From assembly GCA_965220085.1 (NCBI GenBank), contig CBDCOZ010000003.1:1504001-1568000 (forward strand): a stretch of DNA of 64,000 bases, in the 5' to 3' direction. Below, piece after piece: positions 1-12,401 of this stretch. Position numbers and translations under genes: made by a program. The stretch is from Candidatus Oxydemutatoraceae bacterium (GTDB lineage: Bacteria; Pseudomonadota; Gammaproteobacteria; Poriferisulfidales; Oxydemutatoraceae). Positions within the stretch are counted from its first letter, which is position 1, and every line of letters begins with the position of its first letter. The notes under the pieces are model-generated. The model searched no databases. It was not told the DNA's origin and worked only from the letters and a program-made list of their open reading frames with translations.

Positions 1-720
1 AAGAACTTCGGCTGCGTCAAATCCGCGCACACTTGCGCACTGGGCGCTTTGCAATCCGAAGCCATCCCGATGTTGGGCGCATCGCATTCGCACCGATTCG
101 CATCCCGGTTCAATGTCGCCGCCCCGGCGCATTCCGGAATATCAACGCACACTGTCTCGCTAACGTCAAAGAACTTCGGCGGCATCAATCCCGCGCACAC
201 TTGCGCGCTCGGCGCACGGCAATCCGAAGCCGTCCCTTCGTTGGGCGAAGCGCATGCGCACTGGCCCGTCTCCGCGCTCAATGTCGCCGGCGCAGCACAC
301 GAAATAGCAACAACGCAAGCCTGTGCCGCGGCGTCGTACACCTTGCCCTGCTCGTCGCATTCGCAACGGCGCGACCCCGTGCTGGGATGCGTTGTCGCCG
401 GACATCTGTGACCGGCGACGCAGGTCGTCCCGTCAAAAAACAGCGAAGTCTGCGCCCCGCTCAATTCCCCGCAAACCGCCGGCGACGGCATCTGGCAGCC
501 CGAGGATGTTTTGACATACGAAGAAACGCATTCGCAGGTGTTGCTTGTCTCGCGCAATTCCGTCGGATGTTCGCAGGTCAAAAACGGATCGCACCGCGCC
601 GCGCCCGCGTTGTAAAACCGCGGCGGCATCAACTCCGCGCACACCTCCGCGCTTGGCACTCGGCAGTCCGCCGCGTTGCCCGTGCTGCATTCGCACGTAT
701 TCGTCGCTTCGTTCAATGTC
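1..720. repeat. Coding repeats of ~168 bp (56 aa, Cys-rich) in the Cys-rich protein
   Basis: 1-125 aligns with 169-293 (period 168); a third diverged copy lies at ~618-720. Motif C.AxATLxxxxNxCECxxPNxGxAxDCxAPSAxVCAxLxPPxF. Confidence 0.8.
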
Positions 721-2086
721 GCCAATGTCGCCGCCGTCGAGCACGTCGCAACGCAAACAAACCCGTTGTAAACCTGCGGCGGATTCAAACTCCCGCACAC
801 CGGCCCGCTGGGCGTTTGGCATTCGGTCGCGCCGTTGGTGTTGAATCCGGACGGCTCCATGCCGTCCTGACAATAGGCCACAAAACAATCATCGGCGTTT
901 TCCGCCGTCCATTGCGGAAGGTATTGCAGGGTCGGGCCGAAGTAATGGCGCAGGGTGGTATTGCCATCGGCAAGGCTGAAGCGGGAGGAAAGGTCGGGGT
1001 CGGGACATGTTGATGCGGTTGTTGCGTCCCGCACATTGATGTCGCAGTAGCACACGTCAAATCCGGAGTCAAAGGCGGGATGCTTTCTTGCCCCCCATCC
1101 TTTCGCCGCGCAAGCGTCAAATTGCATGGAAACTTGTTGCGCCCTCTCCTGATCGGTGTATGTGCTTGCTATCTCGCTGAACTCGCATGCTTGCGGGTTG
1201 CGCGCGCATGCGGTCGCGCCGTCGGTATTTTCCCGCGGCGGAATCATGTTCGGACCGCAGTTGTAGACAAACCGCGCGGCGGTGTCGGTCGAAGGGTTTG
1301 GAAACGATGGATCCGGTCCGAACACATCGGCGCATTGCGGACTGCCGTTGCCGTCCAAGAAGCATCCGTCCTCCTCGCCGTCCGGGGAAAGCAGGGGGAT
1401 GACGCATTGGTTGTCGGCCGAGACCGTCCATCCCGCCGCTTTGCATCGGTTTTCCGGCGTGTTAGCAACGCAGGCATCGCCCAGCAGGATGGTTTGCGCC
1501 GGACAAACGGCGCAAACGCCGTCCGCGTTTTCCGTCTCGCCGGCGGGACACTCGCACATCGTGCGCCCGTCGGCGAAAGTCTCCGGCAGGTGGCCGGTGG
1601 TTCCGTCCGGGTCGCAGTTGAAAACATAGCGCGGGTCGCTCTCGTCTTCCGCTGTTGCCGGGTCGTCCGCCGGACGTTGCGGAAAGTCAAGGTTCGGACC
1701 GAAAATACGCGTACAACCGGAGGCGCCGCCCAAAACGCAAAAGTCCAAGGAGCCGGAGTTTATTGACGTGTCGTTGTTTTTTATGAGGCAAACGGATAAG
1801 CTGACAAAACCGGTCGACAGTCGCGTTGTCCATCCTTTGGCTTCGCATTTGTTCGCGCCATCGATGCGCGCACTTTCAATGCATACGCGGTTTTGGGTGG
1901 TGGCGGTAAATCCGGCGGGGCACTCGTCCATGCATTCGGTGCCGTGGATAACCGCCGCACAGCTGTTGGCTTGTGCGTGGGCGGCGTTCGTGGCAAAGAT
2001 GCAAGCGCAAGCGAACAATGCCGCACAAACCCACTCAAGGGTCAGGGAGGGGGGGGGGGGGGGGGTATTATAAACTTCTGATTCAT
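1..2086 (-). CDS. Large secreted Cys-rich repeat protein (runs off window start); out of frame at a poly-C tract after the start codon
   Basis: RBS CAGGAGGA and ATG at 2086 (MNQKFIIPPPPP). The 17-C tract leads to TGA at 2042-2044. The frame starting at 2048 reads a signal peptide (SLTLEWVCAALFACACIFATNAAHA) then Cys-rich repeats. It appears open to position 1 by manual translation, and the track lists no stop-terminated ORF in that frame. Confidence 0.8.
2049..2065. repeat. G17 homopolymer (poly-C on coding strand), candidate phase-variation tract
   Basis: 17 consecutive G, 7 codons after ATG 2086; 15 or 18 would restore the frame. Confidence 0.85.
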
Positions 2087-2533
2087 GCCTATTCCTCCTG
2101 ATAACATATGTTTCTGTTTGGCAAACGCAACCGTACGATGAGCGCCGTGCCATATCACAAGGTGCGAGTCATCTGCAAGTGTCATATCTCCTGTTTCTAG
2201 CAAGCGTAATTATACGATACATGCACACAAACAACATTTAATGAGGGCATAAACTGTTTGTGATTGTTTAATGTCGCACTATACCATAAAGCGCAAGTCA
2301 TTTGCAAGCGCCTCCGTATCCTGCCTCGCTCCCCTTGTCTGCGCCCCATAATACTCCCCTGCTCTGCCGCAGGATACCCGCATTATTGCAAGGGTCTTGA
2401 AGGAAAAGGCGCAGGCGCAGGGGCGACGGGACAGGGTCGGTTAAGCCGTTCATGCCATCGCGCGGATATTTGTGCCGCCACGCAGAGCGTGATGAGCGGC
2501 TGAGGCGGCAGGCATCCATGCCGGCTTTTATCC

Positions 2534-2685
2534 CGTGCTGATGCCGACAATCCGCAATGTTTCCGGCATGATTCAATCTCTGCGACCGCCTCCGGCGGCC
2601 GGTTGCGTCGGCATCGCCGATGTGTTGATACTACGGCAACTCGTGCTGATGCCGGGAGTTCGGAATGTTTCCGGCATCACTCATA
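2534..2685. repeat. Two ~42-bp direct repeats resembling the terminal end of the IS at 12158-12199
   Basis: cgtgctgatgccg...aatgtttccggcat..tca at 2534 and 2642; compare gctgttgaagccaagaatccagaatgtttctggcattatgca at the IS end. Confidence 0.55.
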
Positions 2686-2718
2686 ATAGTCCTCCGCACT
2701 CTCCTCTTATGCTCGGCG

Positions 2719-5031
2719 CTACGTCGCGGCTTTTGCGGAAACGACATAAGCGGCATCCGCGCCGCGCCACTTGGGCGGCAATTTCCGCCCGCGCCGCCCG
2801 CGCTCGCCCGCGTATTCAAGCACATCTTTGTAGGCAAACTTTTTCTTGCGCTTGCCCGCCGCGAGCACGAGAGTCGCGCCCGGCTCAACGCACAACAAAT
2901 AGCTCAGGCGTTCGGCATCGTCCGGCGCCCGCGGAATATTAATAATCTTGGTGCCTTTGCCTTTGGCGAGCTCCGCCAATGCCCGCGCTTTGACCGCCAG
3001 GACATGCCCGGCCGATGTGATGGCAACGACCAGCGCATCCTTTGACCGCGCGACCGGCGCGGCCGCCAGCGCATCCGCGCCGGCGGGCAAACTCATCACT
3101 TGTTTGCCGCCGCGAGCGCGGGTCGCCAGGTTGCCGAGTTCGGTTACGAAGCCATAACCGGCGGTGTTGGCGAGCGCCCATTTGCTGTCGTCGGCGCCCA
3201 TCATCACGCTCGCAAAATCCGCCTTGCCCGACGGCGTCAGGCGGCTGCTAAGCGGCTCGCCTTGCTTGGCGCCGAATTCCAGATCGGCGGCGGGCAGGCA
3301 ATAGCCGCGCCCGGCGGCATCCAAAAAGAATACATTTTGATCGCTTTGCCCGCGCGCCAGCGAAGCAAAGCCGTCGCCGATGCGATAATTCAGCGCGCCC
3401 TCGTCCGCCTCATGCGTTTTGAATCCGAAGATCCACGACTTGCGGGACAGCACCACGGTCACCGGGTGCGCTTCGATATGCGGTCGGATAAGCCGCGCCT
3501 TGCGCGCTTTGCCGCCGCCGACTACGCGGCAACGCCTTGCGTCGCCGCAGTTCTTGGCATCGGTTTTGAGTTCGCTGCGAATCAGCGTACGCAGCCGGCG
3601 CGGCGATGACAGCAACTTCTCGATCTCGGCGAGTTCGCCTTCCAGCGTCTCGGTCTCGCGCCTGATCTCAATCTCTTCCACTTTTGCCAACTGGCGCAAG
3701 CGCATGGCGAGGATGGCATCGGCCTGCTTCTCGCTCAGCCCCAAGCGTTTCATCAAAACCGGCTTGGGCTTGTCCCGATGGCGAATGATCTCTATCACCG
3801 CATCGATATGCAGATGGGCGATCAAAAAGCCGCGCAAAATTTCAAGCCGCTCTTGGATTTTCCGCAGCCGCCACCGCAAGCGCTTTTCTACCGTGTCGGT
3901 TCTAAAAGCGATCCACTGTTTGAGAATCTGCGCGATGCCCATCACCTTGGGTTTGCCGTCCAAGTCAATGATGTTGAAATTAATCCGGCAGTTTTGCTCC
4001 AGATTAGTGGTCGCAAACAGGTGCGACATCAGGGCATCGGCGTCGGTCGCGCGCTTTGTGCCGAGCGCCAAGCGCACCGGGTTGTCGCCGTCGGACTCGT
4101 CGCGCAGATACCGTATCTCAAGGCTCTTGTTGCGCTTCATCTCCTCGGCGATTTCGGTCAGGACCTTGGCCGCCGATACGCGATACGGCAACGCCGTGAT
4201 GATGATCTGATCCTTCTCCTTCGCATAGGTTGCGCGCAGCGTAATCATGCCGCCGCCGTCTTTGTAAATCCGCCGAATCTCCTCTGGCGGCGTGATAATT
4301 TCGCCGCCGGTCGGATAGTCGGGGGCGCGGATGATCTTCAACAACTCGTCTTCCGACAGGCGCGAGTTCTGCAAAAGCGCATCACAGGCGGCGGCGACTT
4401 CGCGCAGATTATGCGGCGGGATATCGGTCGCCATGCCGACGGCGATGCCGGTGGAGCCGTTGAGCAGGATATTCGGCAGGCGCGCCGGGAACTGCCGCGG
4501 CTCTTGCAACGCGCCGTCAAAGTTTGCCTGCCATTCGACCGTGCCCTGGTCCAATTCGGCGAGCAAGGTATCGCAGTACGGCGTCAGGCGCGATTCGGTA
4601 TAACGCATGGCGGCAAACGATTTGGGCGCGTCATGCGACCCCCAGTTGCCCTGCCCTTCGATTAGCGGATAACGGAAACTGAAACTTTGCGCCATCAGCA
4701 CCATCGCTTCATAGCACGCGCTGTCGCCGTGCGGGTGAAACTTGCCGATGACATCGCCGACCGTGCGCGCCGATTTTTTCGGCTTGCTCGGCGCTTTGAG
4801 ACCGAGCTCCGACATCGCGTAGATGATCCGGCGTTGCACCGGCTTCAGACCGTCGCCAAGAAAAGGCAAGGCGCGGTCGAGAATCACATACATCGAGTAG
4901 TTCAGGTAGGCCTGCTCGGCAAACTGCTGAACCGGCACCTGTGTTATTTGGTCATCGGCAAACGGCAGCTTGGTTTTGCGGGCGGCGGCGCGCCGGGTCT
5001 TGCGTTTGGCTGTGTCGGCTTGCGCGGGCAT
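2719..5031 (-). CDS. parC: DNA topoisomerase IV subunit A
   Basis: [30 protein letters not shown] and AAMRYTE motifs; 770 aa. Confidence 0.96.
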   Translation of the reverse strand: MPAQADTAKRKTRRAAARKTKLPFADDQITQVPVQQFAEQAYLNYSMYVILDRALPFLGDGLKPVQRRIIYAMSELGLKAPSKPKKSARTVGDVIGKFHPHGDSACYEAMVLMAQSFSFRYPLIEGQGNWGSHDAPKSFAAMRYTESRLTPYCDTLLAELDQGTVEWQANFDGALQEPRQFPARLPNILLNGSTGIAVGMATDIPPHNLREVAAACDALLQNSRLSEDELLKIIRAPDYPTGGEIITPPEEIRRIYKDGGGMITLRATYAKEKDQIIITALPYRVSAAKVLTEIAEEMKRNKSLEIRYLRDESDGDNPVRLALGTKRATDADALMSHLFATTNLEQNCRINFNIIDLDGKPKVMGIAQILKQWIAFRTDTVEKRLRWRLRKIQERLEILRGFLIAHLHIDAVIEIIRHRDKPKPVLMKRLGLSEKQADAILAMRLRQLAKVEEIEIRRETETLEGELAEIEKLLSSPRRLRTLIRSELKTDAKNCGDARRCRVVGGGKARKARLIRPHIEAHPVTVVLSRKSWIFGFKTHEADEGALNYRIGDGFASLARGQSDQNVFFLDAAGRGYCLPAADLEFGAKQGEPLSSRLTPSGKADFASVMMGADDSKWALANTAGYGFVTELGNLATRARGGKQVMSLPAGADALAAAPVARSKDALVVAITSAGHVLAVKARALAELAKGKGTKIINIPRAPDDAERLSYLLCVEPGATLVLAAGKRKKKFAYKDVLEYAGERGRRGRKLPPKWRGADAAYVVSAKAAT

Positions 5032-5966
5032 CTACTTGTCTTTTGCGCCGGGAGCGTGGGTCGGCGCGCGGCCAAAGGTAGCGGCTAATTGAGCTTCCCG
5101 CCTCTTCGCAATCGCATCGGCGAGTTGGCGCACTTTTCGTTCCAGCCACATGGCGGTATCGCTGTCGGGGCGATAATCGGCTTTGCCGAAATGCTCCACC
5201 CGGCCTTGTTCGCGCAAATTGAAGTTATTGTCATAGCTGTCTTTCGTCGCGGAATTATAGACGGCATATCCCACCCCGCCATAGCGTTTGATAACGGAGA
5301 AAACCGGCACATCGCTGGGGCCGTCGGCGATGTATATCATCTGGCTGATCGGCACCCGCCGCTTGCCCTCCTCGATCGCGTCGTTGACCTGAAACTTGTC
5401 CGGAAACTTGTTGATGCCCTTGTTGATTTCAAACACCGCCCGCGTCTTGGTCGTATCGTCCAGCACATAGGCGATGCGATCGAGACACCGACCCCCTTGC
5501 GACAAATCTTTGTCCAAAAACTCGCACCCCCAGACGCCATCCAGATGCTTCGCGACAAGGCTGCCTTCGATCACCTTTTGCAGGCCGGTGCTGACGACAT
5601 AGTGCTCCAGTTTCAATTCATAATCCGCATACCCCTCGATGACGACAGACTTCAGATGCGGCAGAAAGTCCATCACCCCGGGGTAGAACTCCAACCGTTG
5701 CCCCAGCTGCCTGAGCTTGTCGTTGCTCAGGTCTTTGAAGCGCCCGTCGCGCACATAGTCCAGAATATGGTTCAAGTAAAGCAACTCGTTGGTCACATTC
5801 TTATAACCTTGGCGGCGGTATTTGGCGGGCAGCGCGTTCACTTCTTGCCAGAAGGTTGCGCCGTCCGCGCCGTATTCGTCAAAGATGACCTGTTGCATAT
5901 TGCCCGGTATCAGGGTTTTGTCAAAATCCCAGATGACGGCGATGATGTTCTGCGGAAACGGTTGCA

Positions 5967-5967
<1 letters not shown>
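5032..5967 (-). CDS. HAD-superfamily hydrolase
   Basis: WDFDKTL motif I, VVSTG, and YIADGPSD motif IV; ATG overlaps the parE stop (TGATG). Confidence 0.85.
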
Positions 5968-7868
<1,901 letters not shown>

Positions 7869-8067
7869 TTACTTCGGGTTCATGCCCGGCGCTTTCTGAC
7901 GAAGCGGAAAGAATTTCCGACCAACGCCGCCGCCCGCGCACCGCCTCCTCGCAACGGCGCTGGCAGCGGGTGTCACATCGCTATACCGACGCCACCGCTC
8001 GCCTCCTCGCAGAAGCCGGCCGGGGAGTGTCTCGTGCGCACACTCAGAAGCCATCGTGATGCGGTGC

Positions 8068-8293
8068 GAGGGCAAGCCTCGCACTTGCGCCCATCGTCGT
8101 CCCCCGTTTCGGTGAGGGGGCAAGTCTCGCGCTCGCGCCCGTCATCGTTCCCCGCTACGGTGCGCTTGCGGGGATAGTGCGAGGCGTGTCGGAGTAACTA
8201 CCGCCCTACCCGCCAGACCATCCCTCTTCGCTTGCCGACTCCCCCACAAGGGGAAAGTGTCATAGTGCGAGAAGGAATGCCGGTCGGCGCCCG
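8068..8293. repeat. Conserved palindromic intergenic module, copy 1 (REP/BIME-like)
   Basis: gcaagcctcgcacttgcgccc..tcatcgttccccg..gtgcgcttgcggggatagtgcgagg..ggagtaactaccgccctacccgccag, shared with copies at 9038, 12200 and 20439. Confidence 0.75.
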
Positions 8294-8829
8294 CTACCGC
8301 AACGGCCCTTCCAAGAAGAGACGCAAGCGCAAGCGCACATCGGGAGACACCAGGTTGATGGTCATGGTGGCATCAGACCCGGAACTCAGCTCACCGCCGG
8401 CCCTGACATAGAAAGTAAAGTCGACGAATTCGGGAGTCGCAGGGTGCAAGACCAGAGGATGATAGGTTATGGTGCCGATGTCATCCGCTAACACAGTCTG
8501 GCTCACAACGGCGGCGGAGCCGCGCACCCGCAACCTGCCAAGACCATTATCAGGGATACTGCTGATGGTTACGCTATCCAGGGGATCGCCATCCGCATCG
8601 GTAAAAGAAAAGTCGGCCTTTTTGAATACATAGGGGTTGTCTGCGGTGGCGTTGGTGAACACATCTATGCTGCTATCGATGACCATCGGCTTAGCCGCCT
8701 GAGCCTCGGCGCAGAGCGCAAACAGGAGCGGCAGAACGAGCGACCAGAGGCTAAGCCGGGTTACCCTTGCCCGACAATGCGGGGGGGGGGGGGGGGGGGG
8801 GTATTTATATTAGTGATTATGTAATTCAT
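8294..8829 (-). CDS. Secreted single cadherin-like domain protein with FLEGPLR tail; out of frame at poly-C tract
   Basis: RBS AGGAGGAG and ATG 8829 (MNYIITNINTPPP). The C21 tract puts the ATG out of frame with signal peptide HCRARVTRLSLWSLVLPLLFALCAEAQA and ORF 8294-8686. Leader is homologous to the in-frame gene at 20232. Confidence 0.8.
8781..8801. repeat. G21 homopolymer, candidate phase-variation tract
   Basis: 21 G; ATG 8829 to ATG 8686 is 143 nt, so 19 or 22 G would be in frame. Confidence 0.85.
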
Positions 8830-8868
8830 AGTTCTCCTCCTAATAGTAAAAGATAGAAAAAACATTAT

Positions 8869-8952
8869 TAAGCATCCTGCTAAGTCTCTTGTTAAGTGCT
8901 CCGCTAAGTATCTTGCTAAGTCTCCTGTCAAGTCTCCTCTTAAGTATCCAAA
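8869..8952 (-). repeat. 7 x 12-bp degenerate tandem repeat in putative 5' UTR (RCAGGAKACTTA on mRNA strand)
   Basis: Plus-strand units taagcatcctgc, taagtctcttgt, taagtgctccgc, taagtatcttgc, taagtctcctgt, caagtctcctct, taagtatccaaa. Confidence 0.8.
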
Positions 8953-8996
8953 GTCACACCAGATGTAAGAGTTGATTGCTTAAATATCCTCTATAC

Positions 8997-9043
8997 GTAT
9001 TCGTGTGAAGCCTGCATTATACAGAATATCTCTCCGAGCGCAA
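8997..9043 (-). promoter_or_regulatory. Putative sigma70 promoter (TTGCGC-N16-TATAAT); 47-bp block identical to 20398-20444
   Basis: Perfect TATAAT at 9016-9021 on the minus strand; exact duplication upstream of the paralog. Confidence 0.65.
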
Positions 9044-9272
9044 ACTTCGTACTTGCACCCGTCATCGTCGCAGATTGTACACGGTGTTTGCATTGCCCAA
9101 GCGCAAGCCTCGCACTTGCGCCCGTCATCGTTCCCCGTTGCGGTGCGCTTGTGGGATGCGCGCGCGCGTGCCGGAGTAACTACCGCCCTACCCGCCAGGC
9201 TACCTCCTTCGCTTGCCGGCTCCCGCGAGCAGAGCATGCCGCATAGTGCGAGGGCGTGTCGGGCGGCGCCCG
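9038..9272. repeat. Conserved palindromic intergenic module, copy 2
   Basis: Includes hairpin gcgcaag-cctcgca-cttgcgc (9101-9121) and ggagtaactaccgccctacccgccag. Confidence 0.75.
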
Positions 9273-10778
9273 CTACCGCAACGGGCCTTCCAAAAAGAGA
9301 CGCAACCGTAGCTTGAGCGCAGAGGGCCGTTCCGGCAATACCAGAAAGATGTTCAGGGAACTGGAATTAGCGCTGATCCTGTTGCTGGCGCCATCGCTGC
9401 CATCATCGGTCACTTTGAAGGTGAAGAAGCTGTATGCCGCCATCGGATTGTCGGGATTTTTGGTGGGCAACTGGTTCGGCGCCGGATAATAGGTCAGAGT
9501 GCCGGCCTCAAGTTGCGCCGCTGTTACGGTAGTCGCTCTGGCGATAGCTACGCCGTTCAGGGACATGGTTCCGGGGCCGTCCAGGCTGCTGATGCTGACT
9601 TCAGCCAGCATGTCTTTATCGGCATCTTCGAACGGAAAGTCGGATGGGCGGAACACATAGGGGTCAGCGGAAGTGGCGGTGGTGGATACCGGAATCCTGT
9701 TGGTCAGTGACATCGGCGCATCATTGACATTGATGACGACGGCGGCGGGGGCGTTGCACAGCGGCCCCTCGGGGTTGCCATCGTTGTCGTCGAAGCTGAC
9801 GCAGACGCGCAGATAGCGGCCGGACTCGGCATCGCCGGGGGTGAAAGTGGTGCTGAAAGTGGAGCTGGTTTGGCCCGCGATGGGGGCATAGTCGTCATCG
9901 GCGGGGGCATTTGCGTTGTCTGCGGGCACATCGGCGGATTGCCATTGCCACATCAATGTGCTGGTGCTGATGCCATCGGGTTCGGTTATGCCGGTGTCGC
10001 TGGCGGTCAGTTCGACATCCTCGGCGGCGGCGGGCGTCACTGTGGGCGCGCCGGTGGCGACGGTGTTCGGGGGCGTGGTGCCCATGGCCTGCACTATGAC
10101 ATTGGCATTGAAGGCGGTAAGGTCGGTTGGCACACCGCCGGTATTGCTACCTGGGTTGATGGTGGCGTGGTGGTAATTACCTGTGGAGCGGTCGGCTTGC
10201 CTGGTCTCGTCAAAGTACACCAGGGCGTAGATGCATTTGCCCTCATCCTCGGCCGCCACTGTGTAGGTCTGGTTGCTGTCGCGGGCGGCAAAGAATGTCA
10301 CGGAGCTGGTGACCGCGGTATCGTAGGCATCGGCATTGCCGGAGGGGACACTCTTGGCGCCGGTGGCGGCGGGGTCGCCGGCGCAGGAGCCGCTGTCGCC
10401 GACCGGCTCTATGACCCAGCGATATCTGGCGTTGCCGTGGGGGAGCCCCGTGTGGTTGATGGCACCGGGGGCGCGGGTGCTATGAATGGACTTGTTGTTG
10501 GAGAAGTGGGGGCTGTACTGTGAGTCGGCGCCGTAGGGGGTCAAGACAGAGTTGGTAGCCACGCGACAGACCTCGCCTACGGCCACATGGGGACTCAGTG
10601 GGTCCGGGTCCATGGATACGGCGCTGGCGTCGGCCTCGCATATCAGTTGCAGATACTGATTTCTGTACTGGTCGGGGGCATCGTTGCGGTGGGCATCGGC
10701 CGCGGATGCGAGAAGCAACAGCGCGGCGAGGGCTGCGTACGCGGCGGCGGCAAGGATGGGGGTGATTTGCCTGGTCAT
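9273..10778 (-). CDS. Secreted modular adhesin-like protein (unique N-domain + Ig-like + cadherin-like) with FLEGPLR tail
   Basis: Sec signal peptide; WQWQ...YLRVCVSFxD domain; NDAP...FPFxDAD...LTYYP...FTFKVTDDG cadherin-like domain; ends LKLRLRLFLEGPLR. Confidence 0.85.
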   Translation of the reverse strand: MTRQITPILAAAAYAALAALLLLASAADAHRNDAPDQYRNQYLQLICEADASAVSMDPDPLSPHVAVGEVCRVATNSVLTPYGADSQYSPHFSNNKSIHSTRAPGAINHTGLPHGNARYRWVIEPVGDSGSCAGDPAATGAKSVPSGNADAYDTAVTSSVTFFAARDSNQTYTVAAEDEGKCIYALVYFDETRQADRSTGNYHHATINPGSNTGGVPTDLTAFNANVIVQAMGTTPPNTVATGAPTVTPAAAEDVELTASDTGITEPDGISTSTLMWQWQSADVPADNANAPADDDYAPIAGQTSSTFSTTFTPGDAESGRYLRVCVSFDDNDGNPEGPLCNAPAAVVINVNDAPMSLTNRIPVSTTATSADPYVFRPSDFPFEDADKDMLAEVSISSLDGPGTMSLNGVAIARATTVTAAQLEAGTLTYYPAPNQLPTKNPDNPMAAYSFFTFKVTDDGSDGASNRISANSSSLNIFLVLPERPSALKLRLRLFLEGPLR

Positions 10779-11530
10779 GGCATGAACTCCGGTTAGCGGG
10801 TTAGCAGAAAATCCGTCGCCGCAAGCCCGGGAGCCGGAGGCGATTTAGCGGAACCTGGTCGCCACTGCACACTGTTTACACTGTCGGCGCAACGGCGTGT
10901 ATGGCGCCAGCACATATTGGAAATTTGGGGCGGATATTGTGTAATTTGTGCCATGGGCGCTTGAAGTTCCAGTCCATAGTGTGGTCGTTGGGTATTAAAC
11001 CATAGCGGGTAGTTTATCATACGCTCATTGAATTCCCGCATATCGGTCAGCAACAAGCCATCTTCAAACTCCGCGAACTCTTCCTGAAGCGCGCGGTTAA
11101 AACGCTCATTGAATGCGTTCATCTTCGGGCATTTCGGATACGTGCAGCAGTGGCGGATACCTTGCTCTTGCAGGCAGCGATCAAACGCGCCGCAGAACTC
11201 GGAGCCGTTGTCGGCGAGCGCTTGCTCTATCTCGGCGGGAAAAACTTGCATCACCAACTTCACAAAGAACTCGGCAGCGACCGTTACTATGAGGGACGCC
11301 GATAGCGAAGTTAAACCGGTCATCAAACCGGCTATGCGAGCATGGTACGCAAACAATTTATCGGTTTCGCCGGCAATCAATCGTGCGATGATGCGCGGCT
11401 TGGGACAACGCAAGCCGCGCTCGCCACACCACGGTTGAATCAGCAGGTATGGCTTGGGTGCGCAAACAATGTTTAATGAGGCACAATAATAAGAGGCACA
11501 AACAACTTTGTTGTTTGTGGCTTCTTGATG

Positions 11531-11622
11531 AGAGCACAGTAATAAGAGCACAGTGATAAGAGCACAGTGATAAGAGCACAGTGATAAGAGCACAGTGATA
11601 AGAGCACAGTGATAAGAGCACA
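11531..11622. repeat. 14-bp tandem repeat AGAGCACAGTGATA x6.5
   Basis: Units at 11531, 11545, 11559, 11573, 11587, 11601 and a partial at 11615; flanked by palindrome cacaaacaac-ttt-gttgtttgtg. Confidence 0.95.
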
Positions 11623-11631
11623 AACAACTTT

Positions 11632-11775
11632 GTTGTTTGTGTGTCCTTAGATTTGTTGTTTGTGTGTCCTTAGATTTGTTGTTTGTGTGTCCTTAGATTA
11701 GTTGTTTGTGTGTCCTTAGATTAGTTGTTTGTGTGTCCTTAGATTAGTTGTTTGTGGTTTCTTAAGTTGTTTGTG
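11632..11775. repeat. 23-bp tandem repeat GTTGTTTGTGTGTCCTTAGATTW x5 plus partials
   Basis: Units at 11632, 11655, 11678, 11701, 11724 and a partial at 11747. Confidence 0.95.
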
Positions 11776-12199
11776 TTCCACAAACTGTTTGCGGGTTGTT
11801 TATGGGGTGCGCCATGGAAGATAGCTTGGGGGATAGTTTTCGCGGTGTCGCCGAATCTCTGCGATTATCTCCGGAGGCCAGTTGCGCCGGCGTGGCTGGC
11901 GCGGGCAAGCGCTCTGGTTGACTAAGCCGTTAATGCCATAGTCCTGGTATTGTTTCCGCCACCTATAGAGTGATGAGCGGCTGACATGGCAAGCGTCCAT
12001 AGTGGCTTCTATGCCGTGTTCCTCCCATAATGCAAGGGCTTCAAGTTTCTGTTTGGTTTTATAACTCATAGCTGCCTCCTTTGTTGCCAAAGTAGCTATT
12101 TTATAGAAACCTTTGACGCCGTAGCCGATGTGTTGTAATTGCACGTCGGCTACGTCTGCTGTTGAAGCCAAGAATCCAGAATGTTTCTGGCATTATGCA

Positions 12200-12401
12200 G
12201 CCTCGTGCTTGCGCCCGTCATCGTCCCCCGTTGCGGTGCGCTTGCGGGGATAGTGCGAGGGCGTGTTATGGAGCACAAACAATACTCAATTGTTTGTGGC
12301 TTCTTAGGAGTCACTACCGCCCTGCCCGCCAGAATATCCCCCCTTCGCTTACCGACTTCCGCGAGGGGAATCATAGCGCGAGGCTTGTCGGGCTGCGCCC
12401 G
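12200..12401. repeat. Conserved palindromic intergenic module, copy 3, with an inserted CACAAACAA palindrome
   Basis: Same module as the other copies, with an extra ~40 bp gagcacaaacaatactcaattgtttgtggcttctta at ~12271-12307. Confidence 0.75.

Larger units (their letters stand above)
10898..12199 (-). mobile_element. Degenerate IS481-family-like insertion sequence, transposase split by tandem-repeat insertion
   Basis: N-terminal HTH (VSRSSLYRWRKQY, ~11800-12069) and integrase core (ADNGSEF...MNAFNERFNRALQEEF...FNTQRPHYGL, ~10900-11460). Imperfect TGY-starting terminal IRs TGTATGGCGCCAG / TGCATAATGCCAG. Confidence 0.8.

Noticed and set aside
33-2081. Plus-strand and alternative-frame ORFs in the track
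   Set aside because: They are shadows of the minus-strand Cys-rich gene.
10793-11627. ORFs with LCSYHCALITV repeats as real repeat proteins
   Set aside because: They are translations of the 14-bp DNA tandem repeat fused to the transposase remnant.
11531-11775. CRISPR array
   Set aside because: Repeats are head-to-tail with no unique spacers, and there are no cas genes in the window.
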